From: Candidatus Eiseniibacteriota bacterium
GTDB lineage: Bacteria > Eisenbacteria > RBG-16-71-46
DNA length: 64,000 nt
Direction: 5' to 3'
Assembly: GCA_038231135.1 (NCBI GenBank)
Contig: JBBRLX010000018.1
Span: 8,601 to 72,600, forward strand
How positions within the stretch are numbered: the stretch's first letter is position 1; each line of letters opens with the position of its first letter. The position numbers were made by a program, and so were the translations under genes. Shown here piece by piece: positions 9,205 through 16,800 of this stretch. The notes beneath the pieces were generated by a model, which saw nothing but the letters and a program-made list of their open reading frames with translations, had not been told where the DNA came from and ran no database searches.

Positions 9205-10208
9205 CGGCCGGAGTCGAGGATGCGGACCGTCGCCGGCAGTCCGGGCTTGAGCACGCCGCCCGTGGCATCGGCGTCGACCTTGACGCCGAACACCAGGTTC
9301 GCGCGCTCGTCCTCCGTGAGCGCCGCGCGCGGCGTGAACTCGGCGCGGGTCGAGATCTCGGCCACGCGGCCGCCAAACGGACGCTTCACGCCGTCCACGG
9401 TGATCTCGGCGCGCGCGCCGAGCCGCACCCGGGGCAGCAGCGGCTCGGCCACGTAACAGCGCACCCACAGCCGCTCGGGATTGCCGAGCGTCACCACCGG
9501 CAGATTCGGCGGGACGAGCTCGCCCGGCTCGAAGTTGCGAAGCAGCACCACCCCCGCGGACGGCGCGGTGAGCACCAACTCGCCGGCGCGGGCACGGGCC
9601 GCCAGCGTCTGCGCGCGCGCCGATTCGACGGCGCGCGCCGCGGCTTCGATCTGCCCCGTGCGCGTGCCGGCTTCGAGCAGGCGGACCTGGCTGGCCGCGG
9701 CGTTGCGGCCAGCCTCGGCGGCATCGCGCGCGCTGCGGGCGCGGTCGAAGTCCGACGCCGACGCCACTTGCTGGTCGTACAGCGGCTTCACGCGGTCGAA
9801 GTCGGTGGTGGCGAACGCGGCCTGGGCGGTGGCGGCGGCCAGCTCCGAGCGCGCGGCGGCGAGTTCCGCGTGGCGCGGCCCGGCCTTGAGGTCCTCGAGT
9901 TGTGCCGCGGCGCGGTCCGCCTGGGCGGACTGTGATTGCAGCTCGGCGGCGATCTCGCCGCGGGACAGCACCGCGAGCGTGTCGCCGGCATGCACCGAAT
10001 CGCCCTCGTCGACCCGCAGCTCGAGGATGCGGCCGCCGACCATCGACGCCACGTCGATCTCGGCCATCTCGACGGTGCCGCTCGCCACGACGCCCGCGGG
10101 CCTGCCGGCGCAGGCACCCGCGGCGAGCAGGCTCGCCGCGGCGATCGCGATCCGCGTCACGTTCGTCCTGGCCTTCGGCACGAACCCCCCAACGGGTCGA
10201 TCGATCAC
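9201..10208 (-). CDS. HlyD-family membrane fusion / periplasmic adaptor protein
   Basis: ORF 9201..10763 trimmed to GTG 10208, which overlaps the regulator stop as GTGA. An alternative GTG lies at 10181. Lipobox-like LLAAGAC, a biotinyl-lipoyl-like hairpin GGRILELRVDEGDSVHAGDTLAVL, a long coiled coil, and a C-terminal beta-barrel. Confidence 0.8.
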   Translation of the reverse strand: MIDRPVGGFVPKARTNVTRIAIAAASLLAAGACAGRPAGVVASGTVEMAEIDVASMVGGRILELRVDEGDSVHAGDTLAVLSRGEIAAELQSQSAQADRAAAQLEDLKAGPRHAELAAARSELAAATAQAAFATTDFDRVKPLYDQQVASASDFDRARSARDAAEAGRNAAASQVRLLEAGTRTGQIEAAARAVESARAQTLAARARAGELVLTAPSAGVVLLRNFEPGELVPPNLPVVTLGNPERLWVRCYVAEPLLPRVRLGARAEITVDGVKRPFGGRVAEISTRAEFTPRAALTEDERANLVFGVKVDADATGGVLKPGLPATVRILDSGR

Positions 10209-10984
10209 GCCGGCTCCTGCAGCACGCGCACGACGACGCCACGCAGCCGGCGAGCGAGCCCGTCCGGGTCTTTGGCGTCGAGCACGCGGAAATCCGCGGC
10301 GCCCGGCGCCGGCAACATCAGCAATTCCGTCCCGTTCCACACCCCGCGCGTCAGCGTGATGCCGGAGTGGGTGCGGACTGCCAGCACCGCGTCCGGCGCG
10401 GGCGCTGCCGTCGTCCGCGACACGATGGCAACGTGTCCCGGGCGCAGATCGGGAACCCGCCGGGTCGCAGCGGCGGTCAGAACATACGCGAACGGCCGGC
10501 GCCACGCCTCCGATCCGCGTGCGGTGCCGGGGCCCAGCGACAGCACCCGCAGCACTTCGCATTCGGGATGGAGCGCGTCCCCCGGGTCGGCGCCGGCGGC
10601 GATCACCGGCACCCGTAGCCGCAGCGCCGACGGCGCGGCGTCCGTCATCGCGGCCTCCCGCCAGCGGCCCGCGGTGAACGCGGCCAGCTCGGGATCGGCG
10701 AGCAGTTCCCCCGCGGCCCGCAGCACCGACGCCAGATCTCCTCGCTGGAGTGCGCACGCCCACGCGCGAAACAGCCCGGTATCCTCACCCAGCGCGGCGG
10801 CCAGGCGCTCGGCGACGGCTTCGCTCGGGACCCGTTGACCGTTCTCTATATGGAAAACATAGGCGGCCGATCGCAATCCCGCTCGGGTTGCGACGTCCCT
10901 GAGGCTCAAGCCGCGGTGAACGCGGGCACGGCGGAGTCGGCTCCGGACTGGATCGGGTTGGGGGGGCAGGCGCCTAGCGGGCAT
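10205..10984 (-). CDS. XRE-type HTH regulator with degenerate LexA/S24-like C-terminal domain
   Basis: 259 aa. HTH at RGLSLRDVATRAGLRSAAYVFHIENGQRVPS. The C-terminal part has a LexA-like VPVIAAGADPG segment and a beta-rich fold. Where LexA has GDSM and the catalytic Lys, this protein has TAAATRR and ITLTRG. Confidence 0.65.
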   Translation of the reverse strand: MPARRLPPQPDPVRSRLRRARVHRGLSLRDVATRAGLRSAAYVFHIENGQRVPSEAVAERLAAALGEDTGLFRAWACALQRGDLASVLRAAGELLADPELAAFTAGRWREAAMTDAAPSALRLRVPVIAAGADPGDALHPECEVLRVLSLGPGTARGSEAWRRPFAYVLTAAATRRVPDLRPGHVAIVSRTTAAPAPDAVLAVRTHSGITLTRGVWNGTELLMLPAPGAADFRVLDAKDPDGLARRLRGVVVRVLQEPA

Positions 10985-11018
10985 GGAGGCACCATATGCC
11001 CATCTCCCGGTGTTGCGA

Positions 11019-11058
11019 AGAATATTCTCTGATTAGAGAACGTGTCGCGACACGGTCA
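11019..11058 (-). promoter_or_regulatory. Candidate sigma70-type promoter with two palindromic operators upstream of the XRE regulator
   Basis: On the minus strand: TGACCG (11058-11053), 17-nt spacer, TAATCA (11035-11030). A perfect 14-bp palindrome CGTGTCGCGACACG (11041-11054) covers the spacer and -35. A perfect 10-bp palindrome AGAATATTCT (11019-11028) lies just downstream of the -10. The stretch is locally AT-rich. Confidence 0.3.
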
Positions 11059-11063
11059 GCAGA

Positions 11064-11585
11064 TCAGCGGCCGCCGTACCGGCGTTTCAACTGGCCCCAG
11101 GACCCCTGGATCGTCGGCGTCGGGATGTCGAAGCCCGTAGCGTCGGCGATCGCATCGAGCATGGCCGAGGGGGCGTCGATCGAGGGCGTGCTCGAACATC
11201 CCGAACGCCTCACGACGAACACCGCGACGCCCTCGGAGCGCGAACTGTCGGACGCGACCGCGAAGATGCGCAGCTCGTAGCGCCCGACCGGCAGGAACGG
11301 CGGGACCTCGAAGTCGAACGACCGCTGGCGGAGCTCGGACGGCGCGAGCCGCGTGCGCAGCGTGCGCGGACCGAGCGTGAGGGAATCGAGCCGCAGCGAC
11401 ACGTACAGCCGCACCCGCAGCGTGTCGGTGCCGTCATTCCATAGCGCCAGCGCGGCATGGCCGCGATCGCAATGGGCGAGCGTGTCCGGCTGGACGCCGA
11501 GCCGCAGGTGAACGGCGGCCTGCGCGCTGCCGGCGACGGCAGCGCCGACCAGCATGGCGAACAGCAGCAGACGGGCGCGAATCAT
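11064..11585 (-). CDS. Secreted hypothetical protein with conserved basic C-terminal tail
   Basis: ORF 11064..11651 trimmed to ATG 11585. Signal peptide MIRARLLLFAMLVGAAVAGSAQA, a beta-rich body, and the tail IPTPTIQGSWGQLKRRYGGR. I recognised no family. Confidence 0.6.
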   Translation of the reverse strand: MIRARLLLFAMLVGAAVAGSAQAAVHLRLGVQPDTLAHCDRGHAALALWNDGTDTLRVRLYVSLRLDSLTLGPRTLRTRLAPSELRQRSFDFEVPPFLPVGRYELRIFAVASDSSRSEGVAVFVVRRSGCSSTPSIDAPSAMLDAIADATGFDIPTPTIQGSWGQLKRRYGGR

Positions 11586-11722
11586 GGTCGAGACGTCTCC
11601 CGGAGATGGTGGATCGCGGAGCCGGCCGCGGTGCGGAGAACCGCGTGGCATAACGGTAGCACCCCGGCGCCGCGGGTTGCCAGGGCCGTTCGTGGCCCCG
11701 CCGCTGTGCTAGCGTGCGGATC

Positions 11723-12733
11723 ATGGCGACGTTGCGGGAGTTGGGGGAGTTCGAAGCCATTCGAAGGATCGTGGCGGCCCGTCCCCTGGCAGGCCAGGGG
11801 GTCCGGGTGAATGCCGGCGACGACGGGGCCGTGCTGCGCCTCGAAGCCGGCCAGGAGCTGGTGGTTACGACCGACGCCTTCGTCGAGGGCCGCCACTGGC
11901 GGAAGTCGCTGATCGACTCGGCCACGCTGGGCGCGCGGCTCGCCGCCGCGAATCTCAGCGACCTGGCCGCGATGGGGGCGCAACCCCTGTGGGGCCTGGT
12001 GTCCTGCGGTATCGGGCGCGATCACGAGTTCGAATCGCTGCTCGCCCTGGACGGCGGCGTCGCCGGAGCGCTCGCGCGGTTCGGCGCGGCGCTGGTCGGC
12101 GGCAACCTGAGCGCCATCGACGGTCCCGAATGGATGAGCTTCACGCTGCTCGGAGCGTGCGCCGCGGGCCATGCCTGGCAGCGCGGCGGAGCGCGTCCCG
12201 GCGATCTGCTCGCGGTGACGGGACACCCCGGGCGCGCGGCGGCGGGCCTGCGGCTGCTCGAACAGGCCGGGAACCCCGCTACCGCCGGCCTCGAATGCAT
12301 CGCCGCCTGGCGGACTCCGTTGCCGCGCATGGCGTTCGTGGCCGCGTGCACCTCGGGCGGAGCCCCGAACGTGACCGCGGCCATCGATCTCTCGGACGGA
12401 TTCGTCGCCGACCTGGCGCACCTCTGCGCCGCCAGCCGCGTCGGCGCCGAAATCGACGACACAGCGTGGCGCGACCCCGCGCTCGACCAGGCTGCCGCCA
12501 CCCTCGCCACCCCCGCGTCGACCCTGCGATACGGCGCCTCGGACGACTACGAGCTGCTACTCGCCATCACCCCCGCCGCGCGGGAGGCCATGACCGCCGC
12601 CGCCGCCCAGACCCACACGCCGCTCACCTTCGTCGGTCACTGCACCACGGAGCACGCCATCCTGCTGCGCGGAGCCGAAGGGGATCTCAAGCCACTGTCA
12701 TTGGGTGGCTGGGATCATTTCTCGAGCACGTGA
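11723..12733 (+). CDS. thiL: Thiamine-monophosphate kinase
   Basis: MATLRELGEFEAIRRI...AGDDGAVL...VVTTDAFVEGRHW...GARLAAANLSDLAAMGAQP...GGNLS..., the AIR-synthase-related fold typical of ThiL. The track ORF starts at GTG 11714. The ATG at 11723 is preferred. Confidence 0.85.
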   Translation: MATLRELGEFEAIRRIVAARPLAGQGVRVNAGDDGAVLRLEAGQELVVTTDAFVEGRHWRKSLIDSATLGARLAAANLSDLAAMGAQPLWGLVSCGIGRDHEFESLLALDGGVAGALARFGAALVGGNLSAIDGPEWMSFTLLGACAAGHAWQRGGARPGDLLAVTGHPGRAAAGLRLLEQAGNPATAGLECIAAWRTPLPRMAFVAACTSGGAPNVTAAIDLSDGFVADLAHLCAASRVGAEIDDTAWRDPALDQAAATLATPASTLRYGASDDYELLLAITPAAREAMTAAAAQTHTPLTFVGHCTTEHAILLRGAEGDLKPLSLGGWDHFSST

Positions 12734-12770
12734 ATCGAATGACACGGCCGCAGGCCGTGTCGACGATTCA
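12731..12770 (+). terminator. Hairpin immediately after the thiL stop
   Basis: Stem GACACGGCC (12741-12749) pairs with GGCCGTGTC (12753-12761) around a 3-nt loop. An outer helix GAATCG/CGATTC extends it. There is no U-tract, so it may be a rho-independent terminator or only an RNA-stabilising structure. Confidence 0.4.
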
Positions 12771-12784
12771 CATCGTCCAGGCAC

Positions 12785-12867
12785 TAGCGGGTTCGGAGGA
12801 CGGCCGAGTGCAAGGCGGCGAGGAGCGACGACCCAACGCAGCAATCGGCCGTCCTCCGAACCCGCTA
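12785..12867. repeat. 23-bp perfect inverted repeat with 37-nt spacer between convergent thiL and ogt
   Basis: TAGCGGGTTCGGAGGACGGCCGA at 12785-12807. Its exact reverse complement TCGGCCGTCCTCCGAACCCGCTA is at 12845-12867. The right arm contains the ogt stop codon (12865-12867). Confidence 0.9.
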
Positions 12868-13440
12868 CCGGTCGCGGCGGGAGCCGGAGCGGGAGGAGGA
12901 TATCGTGAATAAATCTCCGTCCCCGTCCACGCGCCCCTTGAACCGGCTCTCGAGCTGCAGCAGCCACTTCTTGCGTGGCATGCCGCCGCCATAGCCGGTA
13001 AGCGCGCCGTTGGCGCCGACCACGCGGTGGCAGGGCACCACGATCGCGATCGGGTTCTGATTGTTCGCGAGCCCCACCGCCCGCGCCGAGCGCGGCTGGC
13101 CGATGACCTTGGCGATCGCGCCGTAGCTGCGGGTCTCGCCGTAGGGAATCTCGAGCAGCGCGTTCCACACGGCGGTCTGGAACGTCGAGCCCACGGGGTC
13201 GAGCGGCATCGAGAACGTCTCGAGCGCGCCGCAGAAATACGCCTCGAGCTGTTCGACGACCGGCTTGAGCTCGAGCAGCGACGGCTCCCAGGTGGCGCCG
13301 GGATAGCGCGTGGCGTGGCCCGAGATCATCCGCTTGATGCTCTTGCGGTCCATGAACTCGAGGTGGCGGAGCCCCGCATCCGACTGGACGAGGAACAGCA
13401 ACCCGACGGGGGACGTCATGACGTGATAGGCGAAGCGCAT
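12865..13440 (-). CDS. ogt: Methylated-DNA--protein-cysteine methyltransferase
   Basis: ORF 12865..13734 trimmed to ATG 13440 (MRFAYHVMTSPVGLLFLV...). It has the active-site motif IVVPCHRVVGANGALTGYGGG and the preceding YGAIAKVIGQPRSARAVGLANNQNP. Confidence 0.9.
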   Translation of the reverse strand: MRFAYHVMTSPVGLLFLVQSDAGLRHLEFMDRKSIKRMISGHATRYPGATWEPSLLELKPVVEQLEAYFCGALETFSMPLDPVGSTFQTAVWNALLEIPYGETRSYGAIAKVIGQPRSARAVGLANNQNPIAIVVPCHRVVGANGALTGYGGGMPRKKWLLQLESRFKGRVDGDGDLFTISSSRSGSRRDR

Positions 13441-13510
13441 GACGCGAGGATAAACCAGTGGTTCGGCGTCTCCAAGCGCCGAACGGCGGGAACGCCCCCG
13501 ATTTGCCGCG

Positions 13511-14188
13511 TCAGCGACCGATGCGCGGCAGGAATCGACCGGTGCGGGCACGCCAGCGGCGGAACTCATCGCCGAACGCACGCTCCAGCAGCACATCCTC
13601 GCGGCGCGTGCGGAGTTCGAGCAGCACGGCGAGCGGCAGCAACAGCACGAACCCGAGCGCGCTGCCGAACGCGAGCACGGCGCCGAGCGCCAGCAGCAGC
13701 GTGCCCAGGTAGCCGGGATGCCGCACGACCGCATAGAGCCCCGTGGTCTCGAGCGCGTGGAGCTTCTGGGTCACGAGCAGCGGCGAGAACCGCGAGCCGA
13801 GCCGCGCCATGGCGCCGATCCGGATCGCGAAGCCGATCGCAGCCACCGCGACGCCCGCCCAGCGCAACGGTAACCCGCCCGGCAGCAGACCGAGTTGCAT
13901 GCGCTCGCCCCACGCGGCGACCGGCGGCAGCAGCAGCGGGATCACGAACAGCGCGACGAGCGTGGCGCGCGGCTCGGGCACCTGGGATACGGGATCGTGG
14001 GTGCGCACCGGCCGCAGCAGGCCGAGCGTGAGGCCGCCCAGGAACCACACCGCGAGCAGCGCCAGTGCCTGCGCATGATGGAGCAGCGGCAGCGGACCGC
14101 CGAGCGCCAGCATCAGCAGGCCCGAGTCCAACGCGGTCACGAGGACGACGCCGCCGATCGTGCGCGCCGCGCGGCCGCGCGACGTCAC
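13511..14188 (-). CDS. ICMT/PEMT-family membrane methyltransferase
   Basis: 225 aa with a GTG start and multiple TMs. C-terminal motif TTGLYAVVRHPGYLGTLLLALG...EDVLLERAFGDEFRRW, typical of isoprenylcysteine carboxyl / phospholipid methyltransferase family proteins. It starts 1 nt after the protease gene stop. Confidence 0.75.
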   Translation of the reverse strand: MTSRGRAARTIGGVVLVTALDSGLLMLALGGPLPLLHHAQALALLAVWFLGGLTLGLLRPVRTHDPVSQVPEPRATLVALFVIPLLLPPVAAWGERMQLGLLPGGLPLRWAGVAVAAIGFAIRIGAMARLGSRFSPLLVTQKLHALETTGLYAVVRHPGYLGTLLLALGAVLAFGSALGFVLLLPLAVLLELRTRREDVLLERAFGDEFRRWRARTGRFLPRIGR

Positions 14189-14189
14189 G

Positions 14190-15554
14190 TCACTGCTCGA
14201 CGACGAGCTCGTGCGCCTGCCAGTCGATCGATACGCGGCGGTCGCGGAAGAACTCGCCGCCGAGCACCGCGTCGCGCCGTACGCCGTGCCGCAGGACCTC
14301 TGCCGCGTCGATCGCGCCCGACCAGCCCTGGACCTTGTCCTGCGCGACCGGGCCGAGCGTCACCGACGGCACCATCACCGGCGTCCACGGCCGTCCCTGC
14401 AGCCACTGGCCGGCGCCCTTCGCCATCCGCGACAGCACGCCCGCCTTGAGGCCGAGCTCGTCGAACAGCTCGGACGTGCCGCCGACGCCGCAGCCCGGCA
14501 CGCCGGTCTGCACGACCATCGCCATCCGGCGGCCGCCGTTGATCGAGCCATGGACCGTCAGCTCGTTCACGCCCCACAGCTCGAACGGCACGCGCGGCGC
14601 GCTACGGGCGCCCGGGGCAATGCCCGCCGGGCGCAGCTCGAGCACGTGGTTCGCGTAGTCGAGGGTCGGAGCGAACCGGCGCAGCACCTCGATGCCGATC
14701 ACGCCCGCCACCGGCTCCCCGTACGGGTTCACGCCCAGGCTCCACTTGCGCAGCGGCAGCACGCCCGCGGGCACCCGCTCGAGCCGCGCAGCGCCGATCT
14801 CCAGGCGCTGCGCCATGGCGTTCGTCACCGCCACGCGCGTGCCGCACCAGAACTCGGTGTGCTGCGCGATCAGGCGGCGGACCTTGCAGCGCCTTACCGT
14901 GGACGGATCGAGCAGCATCTCGCCCGCGCCGGTGTCGAGCGCCATCAGCACGCTCTGGCCGTTGAGCTTCACGCGTACCAGCGGCACCGGGTAGGCGATC
15001 GTCCACGGCACGCGCACGACCTCGGGAAGGTGGGAGAGCTGGTAGGGCGGCGCGTCCGCCTGCGCCCGCAGCAGCTCGGCGCGGCCGTCGAGCCGGAGCT
15101 GGTCGGCGAGCGTGGCGGCGCGGGCGTAGTCGCCGCGGCGCTCCAGCGCGTCGAGCAGGTCCTCGGCCGCGCCGGGCTCGGCGCCGGCGGCGGTGAGCAG
15201 GCTGTCCGCCCGCCCCAGCTGGTCGTGGAACAGGGCGAGCTTGCCGAGTGCCGCCAGCGCCTCCGGGTCGCCGGGCGCGATCGTCGCCGCGCGGCCGTAC
15301 ACCTGCTCCGCGTCGTCCGCGCGGCCGAGCGCGAACAACTGGGCGCCGAGCGAATCGAAGCGCGCCGCGTCGGTGCCGTGCCCGACGGTGTCGCGCGCCG
15401 CGAGCCGCGCCATCAGCTGGGCGTCGCGATAGCGCGCGTCGGGCTGCATCCAGTCGGCCGTCGCGATCGCTGCGAGCCCGCCCAGCAGCAGCAGGGCGAT
15501 CGCGACCGGGATCACACGCCGACGCCGGGCCGCGCGCGCCTGGACCTCCGTCAT
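14190..15554 (-). CDS. Membrane-anchored TPR plus retropepsin-like aspartic protease
   Basis: ORF 14190..16424 trimmed to ATG 15554, which forms an ATGA overlap with the M20 gene stop. N-terminal anchor RRRRVIPVAIALLLLGGLAAIA and TPR-like helices. First lobe VKLNGQSVLMALDTGAGEMLLD (DTG catalytic motif). The second lobe has MAMVVQTGVPG, with Gln in place of Asp. Confidence 0.7.
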   Translation of the reverse strand: MTEVQARAARRRRVIPVAIALLLLGGLAAIATADWMQPDARYRDAQLMARLAARDTVGHGTDAARFDSLGAQLFALGRADDAEQVYGRAATIAPGDPEALAALGKLALFHDQLGRADSLLTAAGAEPGAAEDLLDALERRGDYARAATLADQLRLDGRAELLRAQADAPPYQLSHLPEVVRVPWTIAYPVPLVRVKLNGQSVLMALDTGAGEMLLDPSTVRRCKVRRLIAQHTEFWCGTRVAVTNAMAQRLEIGAARLERVPAGVLPLRKWSLGVNPYGEPVAGVIGIEVLRRFAPTLDYANHVLELRPAGIAPGARSAPRVPFELWGVNELTVHGSINGGRRMAMVVQTGVPGCGVGGTSELFDELGLKAGVLSRMAKGAGQWLQGRPWTPVMVPSVTLGPVAQDKVQGWSGAIDAAEVLRHGVRRDAVLGGEFFRDRRVSIDWQAHELVVEQ

Positions 15555-16726
15555 CGAGCCAGGAACGCGCGCGCGGTGCGCGACAGCACTTCCGCGCCGA
15601 TCTCGAGGCAGGCTTCGTCGACGTCGAATCGCGGATGATGGTGGCCGTAGGTAAGGCCCCGCGACTCGTTGCGCGATCCGATCGCGATGAAGCAGCCCGG
15701 CACGCGGTTCAGGAACCACGAGAAATCCTCGCCGCCCATCGTCTTCAGGTCCTCGACCACGTTGTCGCGGCCCACCACCTCGATCGCGGCGGCCTTCGCG
15801 ATCGCCGCCATCGCGGGATCGTTGATCGTCGCGCGGTTGTGCCGGTGGTAGCGCACCTCGGCGCGGCAGCCGAGCGCCTCCGCCACTCCGCGCACGATCG
15901 TCTCGAACCGCCCGGGCAGCTCGTTCCAGATGCCGTCGTCGAACGTGCGCACCGTGCCGTTCAGGACCGCGGTCTCGGGAATGATGTTGAACGCCGTGCC
16001 CGCGTGCACTTGAGTCACGCTCACCACGACTTCGAGGAACGGGTTGATGCCGCGGCTCGCGATCGTCTGGAGCGCGGTGATCACGTGCGCCGCCGCGACG
16101 ACCGGGTCGACGCCCAGGTGCGGCATCGCGGCGTGCGCGCCCGTGCCGCGCAGCGTCACGTGGAACTCGTCGACCGCGGCCATGAACGGCCCCGGGGTCA
16201 CGCCGACCTTGCCGAGATCGAGATCCTGCCAGACGTGCAGGCCGAACGCCGCATCGGGCTTCGGCGCGTCGAGCACGCCGTCCTCGATCATCGCGAGCGC
16301 GCCGCCGCCCTGTTCCTCGGCCGGCTGGAAGCACAACTTCACCTGGCCCGTGAGCTCGCCCTTGCTCTGGGAGAACCGCTTCGCGAGCTGCAGCAGGATC
16401 GAGGTGTGGCAGTCGTGGCCGCACGCGTGCATGCGGCCATCGTGCGTCGAACGGTAGGGGACCGCGTTCTCCTCGTGGATCGGGAGCGCGTCCATGTCGG
16501 CGCGGAGCAGCACCGTCCGGCCGGGTTTGGCGCCCGCGATCGTGGCGACCACGCCGGTGCGGCCGACGCCGGTGCGGACGTCGAGCCCCAGCGCCCGCAG
16601 CCGTTCGGCCACCAGCGCCGAGGTGCGAAGCTCTTCGAACGCGGTTTCGGGATGCGCGTGGAGATCGCGCCGCAGGTCGATCATCTCGCGGACATCGGTG
16701 TCGTCGAACGTCGAGGTGCGGGTCAT
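15551..16726 (-). CDS. M20D-family amidohydrolase (N-acyl-amino-acid / hippurate hydrolase type)
   Basis: ORF 15551..18433 trimmed to ATG 16726. MTRTSTFDDTDVREMIDLRRDLHAHPETAFEE...LLRADMDALPI...HACGHDCHT...FQPAEE...GGEDFSWF, the canonical M20D metal-ligand motifs. Confidence 0.9.
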   Translation of the reverse strand: MTRTSTFDDTDVREMIDLRRDLHAHPETAFEELRTSALVAERLRALGLDVRTGVGRTGVVATIAGAKPGRTVLLRADMDALPIHEENAVPYRSTHDGRMHACGHDCHTSILLQLAKRFSQSKGELTGQVKLCFQPAEEQGGGALAMIEDGVLDAPKPDAAFGLHVWQDLDLGKVGVTPGPFMAAVDEFHVTLRGTGAHAAMPHLGVDPVVAAAHVITALQTIASRGINPFLEVVVSVTQVHAGTAFNIIPETAVLNGTVRTFDDGIWNELPGRFETIVRGVAEALGCRAEVRYHRHNRATINDPAMAAIAKAAAIEVVGRDNVVEDLKTMGGEDFSWFLNRVPGCFIAIGSRNESRGLTYGHHHPRFDVDEACLEIGAEVLSRTARAFLAR

Positions 16727-16800
16727 GGCGAGGCTCCGTTCCGGGCCGGAGCGGAGTCGCTCCGGCCCTCGAGTTCGTTGCCGGCCAGCCAGCCGACCGG

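Noticed and set aside
8461-10763. Long N-terminal extensions of the ABC ATPase (593 aa) and HlyD (520 aa) ORFs
   Set aside because: The extensions are Arg/Gly/Ala-rich and overlap the real upstream genes. Canonical starts at 9204 (ATGA overlap) and 10208 (GTGA overlap) give normal-length proteins with proper N-termini.
12785-12867. Possibility that the 23-bp inverted repeat is an integron attC site
   Set aside because: There are no RYYYAAC/GTTRRRY core sites at the arm ends, no integrase gene, and no cassette-like array nearby.
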